Part shown: piece after piece, positions 19,553 through 29,833 of the stretch
Position numbering within the stretch: the stretch's first letter is position 1
How the letters are laid out: each line of letters starts with the position of its first letter
Source: Rhodobacterales bacterium 32-66-9
GTDB lineage: Bacteria > Pseudomonadota > Alphaproteobacteria > Rhodobacterales > Rhodobacteraceae
Length of the DNA: 54,348 bases
Direction: 5' to 3'
NCBI GenBank assembly: GCA_002280405.1
Contig: NCDY01000003.1
Location: 1-54,348 of the forward strand
Notes under the pieces: generated by a model
The model's database searches: none
Seen by the model: only the letters and a program-made list of their open reading frames with translations
What the model was told of the DNA's origin: nothing
Program-made: the position numbers and the translations under genes

Positions 19553-21661
19553 ATGGACCCGGAGAATCGGAAAGGGGTCGAGGTGACGATCCGCAGCGAC
19601 TTTCCCCGGCCGATCGCCGGGACCGAGGACATGGGCATCCCGATGCCCGACGGCACCCGGCTTTCGGCGCGGGTCTGGATGCCCGCGGATGCGCCGGTCA
19701 ACCCGGTCCCGGCGGTGCTGGAATACATCCCCTACCGCAAGCGCGACGGAACCCTGCCGCGCGATGAGCTGATGCATCCCTGGTTCGCCGGGCACGGCTA
19801 TGTCGCGGTCCGGGTCGACATGCGCGGCACGGGCGACAGCGGCGGGTTGCTGGACGACGAATATTCAGCCCAGGAAATGGACGACGCGCTGGCGGTGATC
19901 GACTGGCTGTCGCGTCAGCCCTGGTGCACCGGGTCCGTGGGAATGATGGGAAAGTCCTGGGGCGGGTTCAACTGCCTGCAGGCGGCCTGGAACGGGCATC
20001 CGGCGCTGAAGGCGGTGGTCAGCGTCTGTTCCACGACCGACCGCTTCGCCGATGACATCCATTTCAAGGGCGGCTGCCTCCTGGGCGAGAATTTCGGCTG
20101 GGGCGCGGTGATGCTGGCCTATTCCTCGCGGCCCGCCGATCCCTTGCTGCGCAACGACTGGCGCGGCGACTGGCTGCGGCGGCTGGAGGCGGAGCCCTGG
20201 CTCGCGCCGCGCTGGGCCGCGCATCAGGCACGGGACGGCTATTGGCGGCACGGGTCGGTCGGCGAGGACTGGGCGCGCAACCGGGTGCCCGCGATGATCT
20301 GGGGCGGGTGGGCCGACAACTACATGAACACGGTCGCGGCGCTGGTGGAACATTCCCCGGCACCCACCAAGGGGATCGTCGGGCCCTGGGTGCACCAGTA
20401 TCCCCATACCGCCGTGCCCGGGCCGCAGGTCGGGTTTCTGCAACTGGCCCTGCGCTGGTGGGACCGCTGGCTGAAGGACATCCCGAACGGGGCCGAGACG
20501 GACCCCGCCTATCGCGCCTATGTCCTGCACTCCGCGCCGCCGGACGCGAGCGCCGCATACCGGCCCGGGCATTGGGTGGAGGAGCGCGCCTGGCCGTCGC
20601 CGCGCGTGAGCCCGACGGTCCTGCATCTGGCCAGCGCCGGAGCGGGGGTCTTGCACCCCCCAAGCCATTGGTCACCTGAACCAATGGCGTCGACCAACGG
20701 CTTGCCGGCAGGATTTTTGGCGAAGACGCGGCCGGACCAGATGGCCGCGCTGCCGCTGTGCTCGCCGCAGCATCTTGGCCTTCAGGCAGGCGAGTTCTTT
20801 CCGATGGGGCTGAACGCCGAGATGCCGGGGGATCAGGCGGCGGATGACGCGCTGTCGCTGTGCCTCGACGGCGAGGTTCTGGCGGAAGACCTGCAGCTTC
20901 TGGGCGCGGCAGAGCTGCGGCTGCGGCTGGCGTCCGACAAGCCCCAGGCCTTCGTCGTGGCGCGGCTGTGCGACGTGGCCCCCGATGGATCGTCGGTTCG
21001 GATCGCGCATGGCATGCTGAACCTCTGCCACCGCGCCAGCCGCGAGAACCCGGCGCCGATGGTGCCCGGCGAGGCGGTCGAGGTCGCGTTCCTGCTGGAC
21101 CAGATGGGCTATCGCCTGGCTGCAGGGCATCACCTGCGGCTGGCGCTATCGACGAGTTACTGGCCTTTCGTCTGGCCCTCGCCCGAGGCCGCGACCCTGA
21201 CGGTGACCGGGGGCAGCCTGACCCTGCCGGTGCATCAGGGTGCCGACCGGCCGGAATGGACCCCGCCGGCCGCCGAACATGCCGCCCCCTGGGCGCATCG
21301 GGTGATCCGGGAGGGTCGCGCGCGCCGCCGTGTCGAGCGTGACCTTGTCACGGGCATCGTGACGCTGGTGGTCGAGGATGACCAGGGCGAGCGCGAGAAC
21401 CTGACGCATGGTCTTGTCACCGGCGAAAGCCTGACCGAACGCTGGGAGATTCACCCGGATGACCCCTTGTCGGCCCGCGCCACCCATCTCTGGGAGCAGC
21501 GCCTGTCGCGCGGGGACTGGGCGGTGCGGACCCGGGCCTGGGCGGAAATGACCGGGACCGGGACACACCTGCGCATGCAGGCGCGGCTGACCGCCTGGGA
21601 TGGCGACGCGGTCGTGTTCGACCGGCACTGGGACGAGGAGGTGGAACGCACATTCGTCTGA
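19553..21661 (+). CDS. CocE/NonD family hydrolase (peptidase S15-like)
   Basis: EYIPYRK, DMRGTGDSGG, GKSWGG nucleophile elbow, GPWVH. Confidence 0.9.
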   Translation: MDPENRKGVEVTIRSDFPRPIAGTEDMGIPMPDGTRLSARVWMPADAPVNPVPAVLEYIPYRKRDGTLPRDELMHPWFAGHGYVAVRVDMRGTGDSGGLLDDEYSAQEMDDALAVIDWLSRQPWCTGSVGMMGKSWGGFNCLQAAWNGHPALKAVVSVCSTTDRFADDIHFKGGCLLGENFGWGAVMLAYSSRPADPLLRNDWRGDWLRRLEAEPWLAPRWAAHQARDGYWRHGSVGEDWARNRVPAMIWGGWADNYMNTVAALVEHSPAPTKGIVGPWVHQYPHTAVPGPQVGFLQLALRWWDRWLKDIPNGAETDPAYRAYVLHSAPPDASAAYRPGHWVEERAWPSPRVSPTVLHLASAGAGVLHPPSHWSPEPMASTNGLPAGFLAKTRPDQMAALPLCSPQHLGLQAGEFFPMGLNAEMPGDQAADDALSLCLDGEVLAEDLQLLGAAELRLRLASDKPQAFVVARLCDVAPDGSSVRIAHGMLNLCHRASRENPAPMVPGEAVEVAFLLDQMGYRLAAGHHLRLALSTSYWPFVWPSPEAATLTVTGGSLTLPVHQGADRPEWTPPAAEHAAPWAHRVIREGRARRRVERDLVTGIVTLVVEDDQGERENLTHGLVTGESLTERWEIHPDDPLSARATHLWEQRLSRGDWAVRTRAWAEMTGTGTHLRMQARLTAWDGDAVVFDRHWDEEVERTFV

Positions 21662-21696
21662 ACGAAATGTGTTGCCCGGCGGGGCGGCACGCGGTC

Positions 21697-21716
21697 TATT
21701 GATTGCACAGTCAACA
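21697..21716. promoter_or_regulatory. Palindromic operator, BetI-like
   Basis: tattgattg-ca-cagtcaaca, ~45 nt upstream of the substrate-binding protein start. Confidence 0.5.
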
Positions 21717-21759
21717 AAAGGTTCCCCGCGATGATCGGGGACCAGACAGGGAGACGACG

Positions 21760-23358
21760 ATGAACGACAAGGTGAACCAGTTGGACTGGATGGTGGCACA
21801 GGCGAAGGCCGGACGGATGTCCCGTCGCGAGTTCGTCGGACGCACGACCGCGCTTGGCGTGTCGGCCGGCCTCGCCTCGGCGCTGTTCGGCAAGGCCGCG
21901 CAGGCCCAGGAGGCGAAGAAGGGCGGGGTGATCCGCGTCGGGATGCAGGGCGGCGAATCGACGAACAGCCTGGACCCGGCGCTGGCGGCGTCGGAAGTTC
22001 CGTTCCAGGTCAACATGACCTGGGGCGAGATGCTGTGCGACGTGAAGCCGGACGGCACTCTCGACATGCGTGTCGCCGAGGAAGTCTCCTCGTCCCCGGA
22101 TGCGACCGAGTGGAAGTTCAAGGTGCGCGCGGGCGTGGAGTATCAAGGCGGCGGCACGGTGACAGCCGAGGACGTGGTAGCGACGCTGAAGCGGCACACC
22201 GACGAAAAGGCGCAGTCCGGGGCCCTGGGGATCGTGCAGGGCATCGCGGACATGAAGGCCGAGGGCGACATGGTCACGCTGAAGCTGAACGCGGCCAATG
22301 CGGACCTGCCCTATCTGATGGCCGACTATCACCTGATCATCCAGCCGGGTGGCGGGGTCGACAATCCGGCGGCGGGAATCGGCGCGGGACCTTATGCGGT
22401 CGTGGTGAACGAGCCGGGCGTGCGGCACACGTTCAAGAAGCATCCGAACTATTTCGACAGCACCATCGGCCACGCCGACGAGGTCGAGATCCTGGTGATC
22501 AACGACAACACCGCGCGGACGGCGGCGCTGCAGTCGGGCCAGGTCCACATGATCAACCGGGTTGATCCCAAGATCGTCGAGCTGCTCAAGGGTGTGCCCG
22601 GCGTGCAGATCAAGGCGGTCGCCGGGCGCGGGCACTATGTCTTCATCATGCATGTCAACAAGGCGCCTTTCGACAACAACGACCTGCGGATGGCCCTGAA
22701 ATACGCGATCAACCGGCAGGAGATGGTGGACAAGATCCTTGGCGGTCTTGGCAGCCGGGGCAACGACTTCCCGATCAACGCGGCCTACCCGCTGTTCGAC
22801 GACACCATCCCGCAGCGCGAATATGACGCGGCACTGGCGGCCGAGTATTACAAGAAATCCGGCCACGACGGCTCGCCCATCGTGCTGCGCACCGCGGCCG
22901 GGGCGTTCCCCGGCGCGGTGGATGCGGCAAACCTGTTCGCGGCCTCGGCCAACGCGGCGGGCATCCCGCTGCAGATCCAGCTTGAGCCCGACGACGGCTA
23001 CTGGTCGAATGTCTGGAACGTGCAGCCCTTCATCGCCTCATACTGGGGCGGGCGTCCGGTGCAGGACCAGATGTATTCCACCGCCTATCTGTCCACGGCG
23101 GAATGGAACGACACCAAGTTCAAGAATGCCAAGTTCGACGAACTTCTGCTGGCGGCGCGGGGCGAATTGGACACGGCCAAGCGCAAGGGCATGTATTCGG
23201 AGATGGCGAAGATCCTGCGCGACGAAGGCGGGCTGATCCTGCCGATGTTCAACGACTTCGTCTCGGGCGTCAGCGACGTGATCGGCGGCTGGGTCGACGA
23301 TCCGAACGGCGAGCTGATGAACGGGCGTGCGCAGGTGAAGACCTGGCTGAACGCCTGA
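21760..23358 (+). CDS. ABC transporter substrate-binding protein, family 5 (Opp/Dpp-like), Tat-exported
   Basis: SRREFVG Tat motif; SLDPA, GAGPY, LRMALKYAINRQ. Confidence 0.9.
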   Translation: MNDKVNQLDWMVAQAKAGRMSRREFVGRTTALGVSAGLASALFGKAAQAQEAKKGGVIRVGMQGGESTNSLDPALAASEVPFQVNMTWGEMLCDVKPDGTLDMRVAEEVSSSPDATEWKFKVRAGVEYQGGGTVTAEDVVATLKRHTDEKAQSGALGIVQGIADMKAEGDMVTLKLNAANADLPYLMADYHLIIQPGGGVDNPAAGIGAGPYAVVVNEPGVRHTFKKHPNYFDSTIGHADEVEILVINDNTARTAALQSGQVHMINRVDPKIVELLKGVPGVQIKAVAGRGHYVFIMHVNKAPFDNNDLRMALKYAINRQEMVDKILGGLGSRGNDFPINAAYPLFDDTIPQREYDAALAAEYYKKSGHDGSPIVLRTAAGAFPGAVDAANLFAASANAAGIPLQIQLEPDDGYWSNVWNVQPFIASYWGGRPVQDQMYSTAYLSTAEWNDTKFKNAKFDELLLAARGELDTAKRKGMYSEMAKILRDEGGLILPMFNDFVSGVSDVIGGWVDDPNGELMNGRAQVKTWLNA

Positions 23359-23368
23359 GGCGGGTCCG

Positions 23369-24325
23369 GTGCATCCGATCCTGACACTGGTGGTCCAGCG
23401 CATCGCGCTGGGCCTTCTGCTGTTGCTGGCCGTATCTGCGGTCATCTTCCTTGGCGTCGAGGCGCTGCCCGGCGACACGGCGCAGGCGATCCTCGGACAG
23501 CAGGCCACGCCCGAGGCTCTGGAGAACCTGCGCGAGAAGATGGGGCTGAACCAGCCGCCGCTCACCCGCTATTTCCAGTGGCTGGGAGGCGTCCTGACCG
23601 GCGATCTGGGCAAGGCGCTGACCAATGGCGCGGACATCGCGCAGTCAATCGGGCAGCGTCTGGGCAACACGCTGTTTCTGGCCGGTTGCGCCGCCGTCAT
23701 CGCCGTGCCGCTGGCCATCTTCCTTGGCGTCATCGCCGCGCGCCATGCCGGGCGCTGGCCGGACAAGCTGATCTCGGGCGTCACCCTGACCACGATCTCA
23801 CTGCCCGAATTCGTCGCGGCCTATTTCGTGATCTTCCTCTTCACCCAGTTGATCCCGATCTTCCAGCCGGTCGCCATGGTCTTTCCGGGGATGAGCTTCT
23901 GGGCCAAGCTGAACGCCATCGCCCTGCCCGTCATCGTGCTGGTCCTCGTCGTCCTTGCCCACATGATGCGGATGACCCGCGCCGCGATCCTGAACGTGAT
24001 GCAGTCGGCCTATATCGAGACGGCCGAACTCAAAGGCCTTTCTCCGATGACGATCATCTGGAAGCACGCCTTCCCCAACGCCATCGCGCCGGTGGTCAGC
24101 GTGGTGATGCTGAACCTTGCCTATCTGGTGGTCGGCGTCGTCGTGGTCGAGGTGGTCTTCGGCTACAACGCCCTTGGGCAATACCTTGTCGACCACGTCA
24201 CCAAACGCGACCTGCCGGTGGTGCAGGCCGTCGGCCTGATCTTCGCCGCCGTCTACATCGTCCTGAACATGCTGGCCGACATCATCGGCATCCTGGCCAA
24301 TCCGCGCCTGAGGCACCCGAAATGA
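23369..24325 (+). CDS. ABC transporter permease (OppB-like)
   Basis: LPGDTA, YIETAELKGLS EAA loop, RDLPVVQ. Confidence 0.9.
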   Translation: MHPILTLVVQRIALGLLLLLAVSAVIFLGVEALPGDTAQAILGQQATPEALENLREKMGLNQPPLTRYFQWLGGVLTGDLGKALTNGADIAQSIGQRLGNTLFLAGCAAVIAVPLAIFLGVIAARHAGRWPDKLISGVTLTTISLPEFVAAYFVIFLFTQLIPIFQPVAMVFPGMSFWAKLNAIALPVIVLVLVVLAHMMRMTRAAILNVMQSAYIETAELKGLSPMTIIWKHAFPNAIAPVVSVVMLNLAYLVVGVVVVEVVFGYNALGQYLVDHVTKRDLPVVQAVGLIFAAVYIVLNMLADIIGILANPRLRHPK

Positions 24326-25137
24326 GGATGCCGCTCTCTGCTGTTGTCGGGCTGATCCTGACCGGCACCTTCCTGTTCGTCGCGATCTTCGCGCAATGGA
24401 TCGCTCCCTTTCCGCTGGACGACAGCTCCGGCGCGCAGTGGGAGGGCTTTTCCGCAACGCACTGGCTGGGCACCGACACCATCGGCCGCGATATCCTGAG
24501 CCGGCTGATCTTCGGCGCACAGGTCACGATCTTTGTGGCTTTGGCCTCGTCGGTGCTGGCCTTCAGCCTCGGGGCGTTCCTCGGCTTTCTCGCCGCGGTG
24601 AAGGGTGGCTGGATCGACCAGCTTCTGTCCCGCCTGGTCGATCTGGTGATGGCGGTGCCCTCGCTGATCGTGGCGCTGGTGATGCTGTCGGTGCTGCCGC
24701 TGAACATGACGGTGCTGATCCTGGTGATGGGACTTCTGGATTCCACCCGCGTCTTCCGGCTGAGCCGCGCCGTCGCGGTGGATATCGCGGTGATGGACTT
24801 TGTCGAGGCCGCGAAGCTGCGCGGCGAGAAGGGCACCTGGGTGATCTTCCGGGAAATCCTGCCGAATGCCCTGTCACCGCTGGTGGCCGAATTCGGCCTG
24901 CGCTTCATCTTCGCGGTCCTGTTCATCTCCACCCTCTCGTTCCTCGGCCTCGGCATCCAGCCGCCGCTGGCGGACTGGGGCGGGATGGTGAAGGAAAACA
25001 AGGACGGGCTGATCTACGGCAAGTCGGCGGCGCTTCTGCCCGCCGCCGCCATCGCGGCGCTTGCGATCAGCGTGAACCTGGTCGCCGACTGGATCCTGAC
25101 CCGCACCTCCAGCCTGAAGGGAGGGCGCGGTGGCTGA
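24322..25137 (+). CDS. ABC transporter permease (OppC-like)
   Basis: HWLGTDTIGRD, FVEAAKLRG, LSFLGLGIQPP; ATGA overlap with the previous gene. Confidence 0.9.
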   Translation: MRMPLSAVVGLILTGTFLFVAIFAQWIAPFPLDDSSGAQWEGFSATHWLGTDTIGRDILSRLIFGAQVTIFVALASSVLAFSLGAFLGFLAAVKGGWIDQLLSRLVDLVMAVPSLIVALVMLSVLPLNMTVLILVMGLLDSTRVFRLSRAVAVDIAVMDFVEAAKLRGEKGTWVIFREILPNALSPLVAEFGLRFIFAVLFISTLSFLGLGIQPPLADWGGMVKENKDGLIYGKSAALLPAAAIAALAISVNLVADWILTRTSSLKGGRGG

Positions 25138-26764
25138 GCCCCTGCTTGCGATCAAGGGCCTGGTGATCGAGGCCACATCCTACCCGCCCGGCGAGCCGCC
25201 GAAGAACGTGACCCTGGTCCACGGTGTCGATCTGACGCTGGAACCCGGTCGCGTGCTGGGTCTGATCGGCGAAAGCGGTGCGGGAAAGTCCACCATCGGC
25301 CTTTCTGCCATGGCCTATGGCCGGGGCGGGGTGCGGCTTACCGGGGGCACGATCCATCTGAACGGGCGGGAAATCCGGCTGGCCGATGCCAAGGCATTGC
25401 GCGCGCTCCGGGGCTGCGAGGTGACCTATGTCTCGCAATCGGCGGCGGCCAGCTTCAACCCGGCCAGGCAGATCATGGAGCAGGTGATCGAAACCTCGCT
25501 GAGCCACGGGCTGCTGTCGAAGTCCGAGGCCGAGGCGCGGGCCGTGGCATTGTTCAGGAAGCTGGGACTGCCGAACCCCGAAACCATCGGTCGCCGCTAT
25601 CCGCATCAGGTCTCGGGCGGGCAGTTGCAGCGCTGCATGACCGCGATGGCCCTGTGCCCGAAGCCCGATCTGGTGATCTTTGACGAGCCGACGACGGCGC
25701 TGGATGTGACCACGCAGATCGACGTCCTCGCCGCGATCAAGGAGGCGATCCGGGATACGCAGGTCGCGGCGCTTTACATCACTCACGATCTTGCCGTGGT
25801 GGCGCAGGTGGCCGACGAGATCATGGTGCTGCGCCACGGGCGCATGGTGGAACTGGGTGAGACCGGGCAGATCATCCATCGCCCGCGCGAGGATTATACC
25901 AAGGCGCTGGTCTCGGTCCGGGGGCTGGACCACAGCGAAAAGGCCCCGGCCCCGCCGGTCCTGCAGGTGCAGACCCTGACAGCGCGGTATCGGGGCACCA
26001 GGTTCGACGTGCTGAAGAACGTCTCGATGGAACTTCCGGCGGGGCAGACGCTGGCGGTGGTGGGGGAATCGGGGTCGGGCAAGTCGACGCTTGCCCGCGC
26101 GATCACCGGGCTCTTGCCACCGTCGCAGGGGCGGATCAGCTTTGCCGGGCGGACGCTTTCGGCAGACCTTGCCGGGCGCAGCAAGGACGACCTGCGCGAG
26201 ATCCAGATGATCTACCAGATGGCTGACACCGCGATGAACCCGCGCCAGACGGTGGGGACGATCATCGGGCGGCCGCTGGAATTCTACTTCGGTCTGCGCG
26301 GGGCGGAACGCGACAGGCGCGTGCAAGAGCTCTTCGACCAGATCGAGATGGGCAAGGGCTTTGCCGCACGCTATCCGGCCGAGCTTTCGGGCGGCCAGAA
26401 GCAGCGGGTCTGCATCGCGCGGGCGCTGGCTGCGAACCCGAAGCTGATCATCTGCGACGAAGTGACCTCGGCCCTGGACCCTCTGGTGGCGGACGGGATC
26501 CTGAAGCTGCTTTTGAACCTGCAGGCCGAGGCGGGGGTGGCGTATCTCTTCATCACGCATGACCTGGCGACCGTCAAGGCGATCGCCGACAAGATCGCGG
26601 TGATGTACAAGGGGGCGGTGGTCCGCTACGGCCAGAAGTCGGACGTGCTGACCCCGCCGTTCGACGACTATACCGACCTGTTGCTCAGCTCGGTCCCCGA
26701 GATGGAACTGGGCTGGCTGGAAGGGGTGATCGCGCACCGGAAGATGGAAAGCGCGGGGAACTGA
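25130..26764 (+). CDS. ABC transporter ATP-binding protein, fused double NBD
   Basis: GESGAGKS and GESGSGKS Walker A motifs; VSGGQ and LSGGQ signatures. Confidence 0.93.
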   Translation: MAEPLLAIKGLVIEATSYPPGEPPKNVTLVHGVDLTLEPGRVLGLIGESGAGKSTIGLSAMAYGRGGVRLTGGTIHLNGREIRLADAKALRALRGCEVTYVSQSAAASFNPARQIMEQVIETSLSHGLLSKSEAEARAVALFRKLGLPNPETIGRRYPHQVSGGQLQRCMTAMALCPKPDLVIFDEPTTALDVTTQIDVLAAIKEAIRDTQVAALYITHDLAVVAQVADEIMVLRHGRMVELGETGQIIHRPREDYTKALVSVRGLDHSEKAPAPPVLQVQTLTARYRGTRFDVLKNVSMELPAGQTLAVVGESGSGKSTLARAITGLLPPSQGRISFAGRTLSADLAGRSKDDLREIQMIYQMADTAMNPRQTVGTIIGRPLEFYFGLRGAERDRRVQELFDQIEMGKGFAARYPAELSGGQKQRVCIARALAANPKLIICDEVTSALDPLVADGILKLLLNLQAEAGVAYLFITHDLATVKAIADKIAVMYKGAVVRYGQKSDVLTPPFDDYTDLLLSSVPEMELGWLEGVIAHRKMESAGN

Positions 26765-26827
26765 CGGGGCCGCCAGCCATACCATGAGCCATACGCTTTC
26801 CAGACAGATGCCAGACGGTTTCCAGCC

Positions 26828-27661
26828 ATGACCAGACTTCTTCTCATCATCCTTGACGGCGTGCCTTGGCGGAATTGGCGGCGGCTGTTCGGCAACCTCG
26901 AGGGCTGGGTCGAACAGGGCGAGGCGCGGGTGCGCCGGATGCGGGCGGTGCTGCCTTCGACCTCGGCTTCGTGCTATGCCTCGATCCACACCGGCGTGCC
27001 GCCGCAACAGCATGGGATCTGGGACAATGCGGGCATCCGGCGACTGGAATTTCCCGATGTTTTCAGCGAGTTGACGAAGGCGGGCAAGAAGACCGGCGCC
27101 GTGACGCACAGCTACTGGTCCGAGTTCTTCAACCGCGCGCCCTTCGATGTGGTGCGCGACATCGAATATGACGAACCGGGCGGCCCGATCACGCACGGCC
27201 GGTTTCACACGATGCACGGCTACGGGCATGCAAACCAGATGACGCCTGCGGACTTCGATCTGTTCGGCACCCTCACAAGGTTGTGCGAAATCAGGGAGAT
27301 CGACTACGGCATCCTGCACACCTGCACGCTGGACAGCATGGGGCATCGCTTTTTTCACGACTGCGCCGAGATGGATCATGCCTGCGGCCACCTTGACGCG
27401 ATCCTTGCCCCGTTCCTGCACCGCTGGCGGCAGGCGGGCTATGAGGTGATCGTCACCGCCGACCATGGCCAGGATGCCCGAGGCCATCATGGCGGGACGG
27501 GCGAGGACCAAAGGGACTTTGCGCTTTATTATTTCGGAAACAGTAGCTTGCCGCCCGAAGATGATGTCCTGGATCAACTTTCGCTTGCCCCTTCGATCCT
27601 GACGCGGATGGGGGTTCGGGTGCCCCCGACGATGACCGCTAAGCCCTTTCTGACGGCCTGA
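26828..27661 (+). CDS. Alkaline phosphatase/type I phosphodiesterase superfamily protein
   Basis: LIILDG, LPSTS, DSMGH, TADHG metal-binding motifs. Confidence 0.85.
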   Translation: MTRLLLIILDGVPWRNWRRLFGNLEGWVEQGEARVRRMRAVLPSTSASCYASIHTGVPPQQHGIWDNAGIRRLEFPDVFSELTKAGKKTGAVTHSYWSEFFNRAPFDVVRDIEYDEPGGPITHGRFHTMHGYGHANQMTPADFDLFGTLTRLCEIREIDYGILHTCTLDSMGHRFFHDCAEMDHACGHLDAILAPFLHRWRQAGYEVIVTADHGQDARGHHGGTGEDQRDFALYYFGNSSLPPEDDVLDQLSLAPSILTRMGVRVPPTMTAKPFLTA

Positions 27662-27804
27662 CGGGCCAAGCTGGCGGGGGCCGTGCGACCGGCGCAACCC
27701 GAAGGCCACAGCCGGCAATTTCGGCTGCACTTCAAGGCCTTCGCCGGTTGAAAGCGCCCAGCGCAACGTGCATCGTTGCCGCATACGGTTCTGGGGTCCC
27801 GTTC

Positions 27805-29820
27805 ATGGTCCGGTTTGCGGTCAACCTCCTTGGCTCTTGCCGGGTCGCGCGCGTTGCGACCGGGGAAGAGCTTGCGTTCCGGACCCGCAAGACCCGGCTT
27901 TTGCTGGGACTTCTGTTGCTGAGCCCGGGCTGGCGGCTGAACCGCGAGCAGCTTGCATCGCTGCTTTGGGATCCCGCGCCCGAAGCGCTGGCGCGGTCCA
28001 GCCTGCGCCAGGCCCTGCGTGAACTGCGCGAGGTGCTGGGGCCGGACGGCGAAGATGTGGTCGAGGCCGACCGGTTTTCCGTCGCGCTGAACGGTTCGGC
28101 CTTCGATGTCGATGTCCACCGCTTTCGCGAGCTGATCACCGCCGGGGCGCAGGACCCCCGGGCGCTGATCTCGGCTGCCGCGCTGTGGCAGGGAGAGCTT
28201 TTCGGTCCCGCGCAACCCAGCGCCCCGGTCTTCGAGGCCTGGTTGCAGATCGAACGGTCGCAGGTGCGCTCGGTCGTGACCGGCGCCCTGACCGACCAGT
28301 TGGAAAAACTGATCGCAGCCAATGCCTACACGGATACCCGCATCGCCGAAGAGCTGGTGCGGATCGAGCCCAGCCACGAGCTTGCGCATCAGTTCATCAT
28401 GCGGTTCCACGCCCAGCGGGGCGACCAGTCCGCCGCGCTGCGCCAGTTCGGCCTGTTGGAAAAGGCCCTGGCGGAGGAGCTGGACAGCGAGCCGAGCGAG
28501 GCGTCGAACGAGCTTCTGGTTGCGATCAAGTCCGGCGAGGTCTCGCTGCAGCGCCACGCCGCTTTGCCTGCGGTCAGGGTCCCGACCCTGTCGCGCGGCG
28601 GCCCGCCGCGGATCACCATCCGCCCGCCCCTGACCCGATACACCGACGCCAGCAAGGACTATCTCGGCGAAGGCTTTGCTTTCCTGGCCAAATCCTGCCT
28701 GTCGCGCTTTCGCTGCTGGATCGTCATTCCATGGCCTTCGAGCGGTTTCGAATCGGCCACCGCTGTCGATTTCACTGCCGTTGCCCGGGTGATCGACGCG
28801 GATTTCGCGGTGGACTGCGTGCTGGACTGGCGCGCGGGGGACGGCAAGCTGTTCGTGACGCTGGTCGACTGCCGCGATGGCAGCGAGGTCTGGTCCGCGC
28901 TTTATCCGGTCAGGGAACACGATCTGCAGGAGGTCAGTTCCTCGGTCGCGGGGGCGGTTGCGGCCAATCTGGCCAGCCAGGTCAACCACATCACGCTGTT
29001 GCGCCATGCCAGATCCACGCCCGGCAATCCGGTGGCCTATGACCTGTGGCTGAAGGGGCACCAGCTGTCGCGCCTGTGGTCGGCCGAGGCGGATGCAGAG
29101 GCCGAGGCGATGTTCCTCAGGGCCATCGAGCTTGACCCGGGACTTGCCGGGAGCCACGCGAGCCTGGCACAAATCCTGTGCAGCCGCAGCCTGGTCCGCC
29201 CGGGCTATCCCGACCGGCAGCACGATTGCGCGGCGGCCTTCAGACACGCCCGCGAAGCGATCGCGCTGGACCCCTATGATCCGCGCTGTCACATCAGCAT
29301 GGCCTGGACCTGGCTGATCGCCAAATCGGCCGAGCGCGCGAAAACGCATTTCCGCATGGCGGTCGACCTGAATCCGAATGACTCAGAGGCCCTGATTTCC
29401 GCCGCTTGCGGCCTGGCCTTCCTTGGGCACATCGATGATGCCAAGGGCCTTGCCGCGAAAGCCGTGCAGATGAACCCGGTCTATCCCGAGTATTACACCG
29501 ACTATCTGTCAGCCATCCAGTTTCTCGACGCCGACTATCAGACGACGATCGAAACGGTCGAGAAGTGCCTTGAAGGCTTTCCGGACCGCGCGGCCCTTGC
29601 CGCCGCCGCCTGGGCCCTCTTGGGACATACCGCACAGGCAGGGGCCGCCTACCGGTACTTTTCGACGCTGACGGCATCGAAATGGGAGGGCAACGGCCGC
29701 GCGGCAGACGACGATCTTGAAAAATGGCTCATGGAAGTGCTGCCGATCCACTGGCCGAAGGGGCAGCAAAGCCTTCTTTCCGGCCTCAGGCTTGCCCGCA
29801 AGATGGCCGGGCAGGCCTGA
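27805..29820 (+). CDS. BTAD/SARP-type transcriptional regulator with TolB-like and TPR domains
   Basis: REQLASLLW...ARSSLRQALRELR, DVDVHRF, ELAHQFIMR, LDSEPS; C-terminal TPRs (AIELDP, AIALDP, AVDLNP). Confidence 0.82.
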   Translation: MVRFAVNLLGSCRVARVATGEELAFRTRKTRLLLGLLLLSPGWRLNREQLASLLWDPAPEALARSSLRQALRELREVLGPDGEDVVEADRFSVALNGSAFDVDVHRFRELITAGAQDPRALISAAALWQGELFGPAQPSAPVFEAWLQIERSQVRSVVTGALTDQLEKLIAANAYTDTRIAEELVRIEPSHELAHQFIMRFHAQRGDQSAALRQFGLLEKALAEELDSEPSEASNELLVAIKSGEVSLQRHAALPAVRVPTLSRGGPPRITIRPPLTRYTDASKDYLGEGFAFLAKSCLSRFRCWIVIPWPSSGFESATAVDFTAVARVIDADFAVDCVLDWRAGDGKLFVTLVDCRDGSEVWSALYPVREHDLQEVSSSVAGAVAANLASQVNHITLLRHARSTPGNPVAYDLWLKGHQLSRLWSAEADAEAEAMFLRAIELDPGLAGSHASLAQILCSRSLVRPGYPDRQHDCAAAFRHAREAIALDPYDPRCHISMAWTWLIAKSAERAKTHFRMAVDLNPNDSEALISAACGLAFLGHIDDAKGLAAKAVQMNPVYPEYYTDYLSAIQFLDADYQTTIETVEKCLEGFPDRAALAAAAWALLGHTAQAGAAYRYFSTLTASKWEGNGRAADDDLEKWLMEVLPIHWPKGQQSLLSGLRLARKMAGQA

Positions 29821-29833
29821 GGCCAAGCGGTGC

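Noticed and set aside
19553-27661. CocE hydrolase and ABC transporter as the protease/exporter of the YcaO cluster
   Set aside because: The transporter is an importer with a binding protein and its own operator; only proximity links them.
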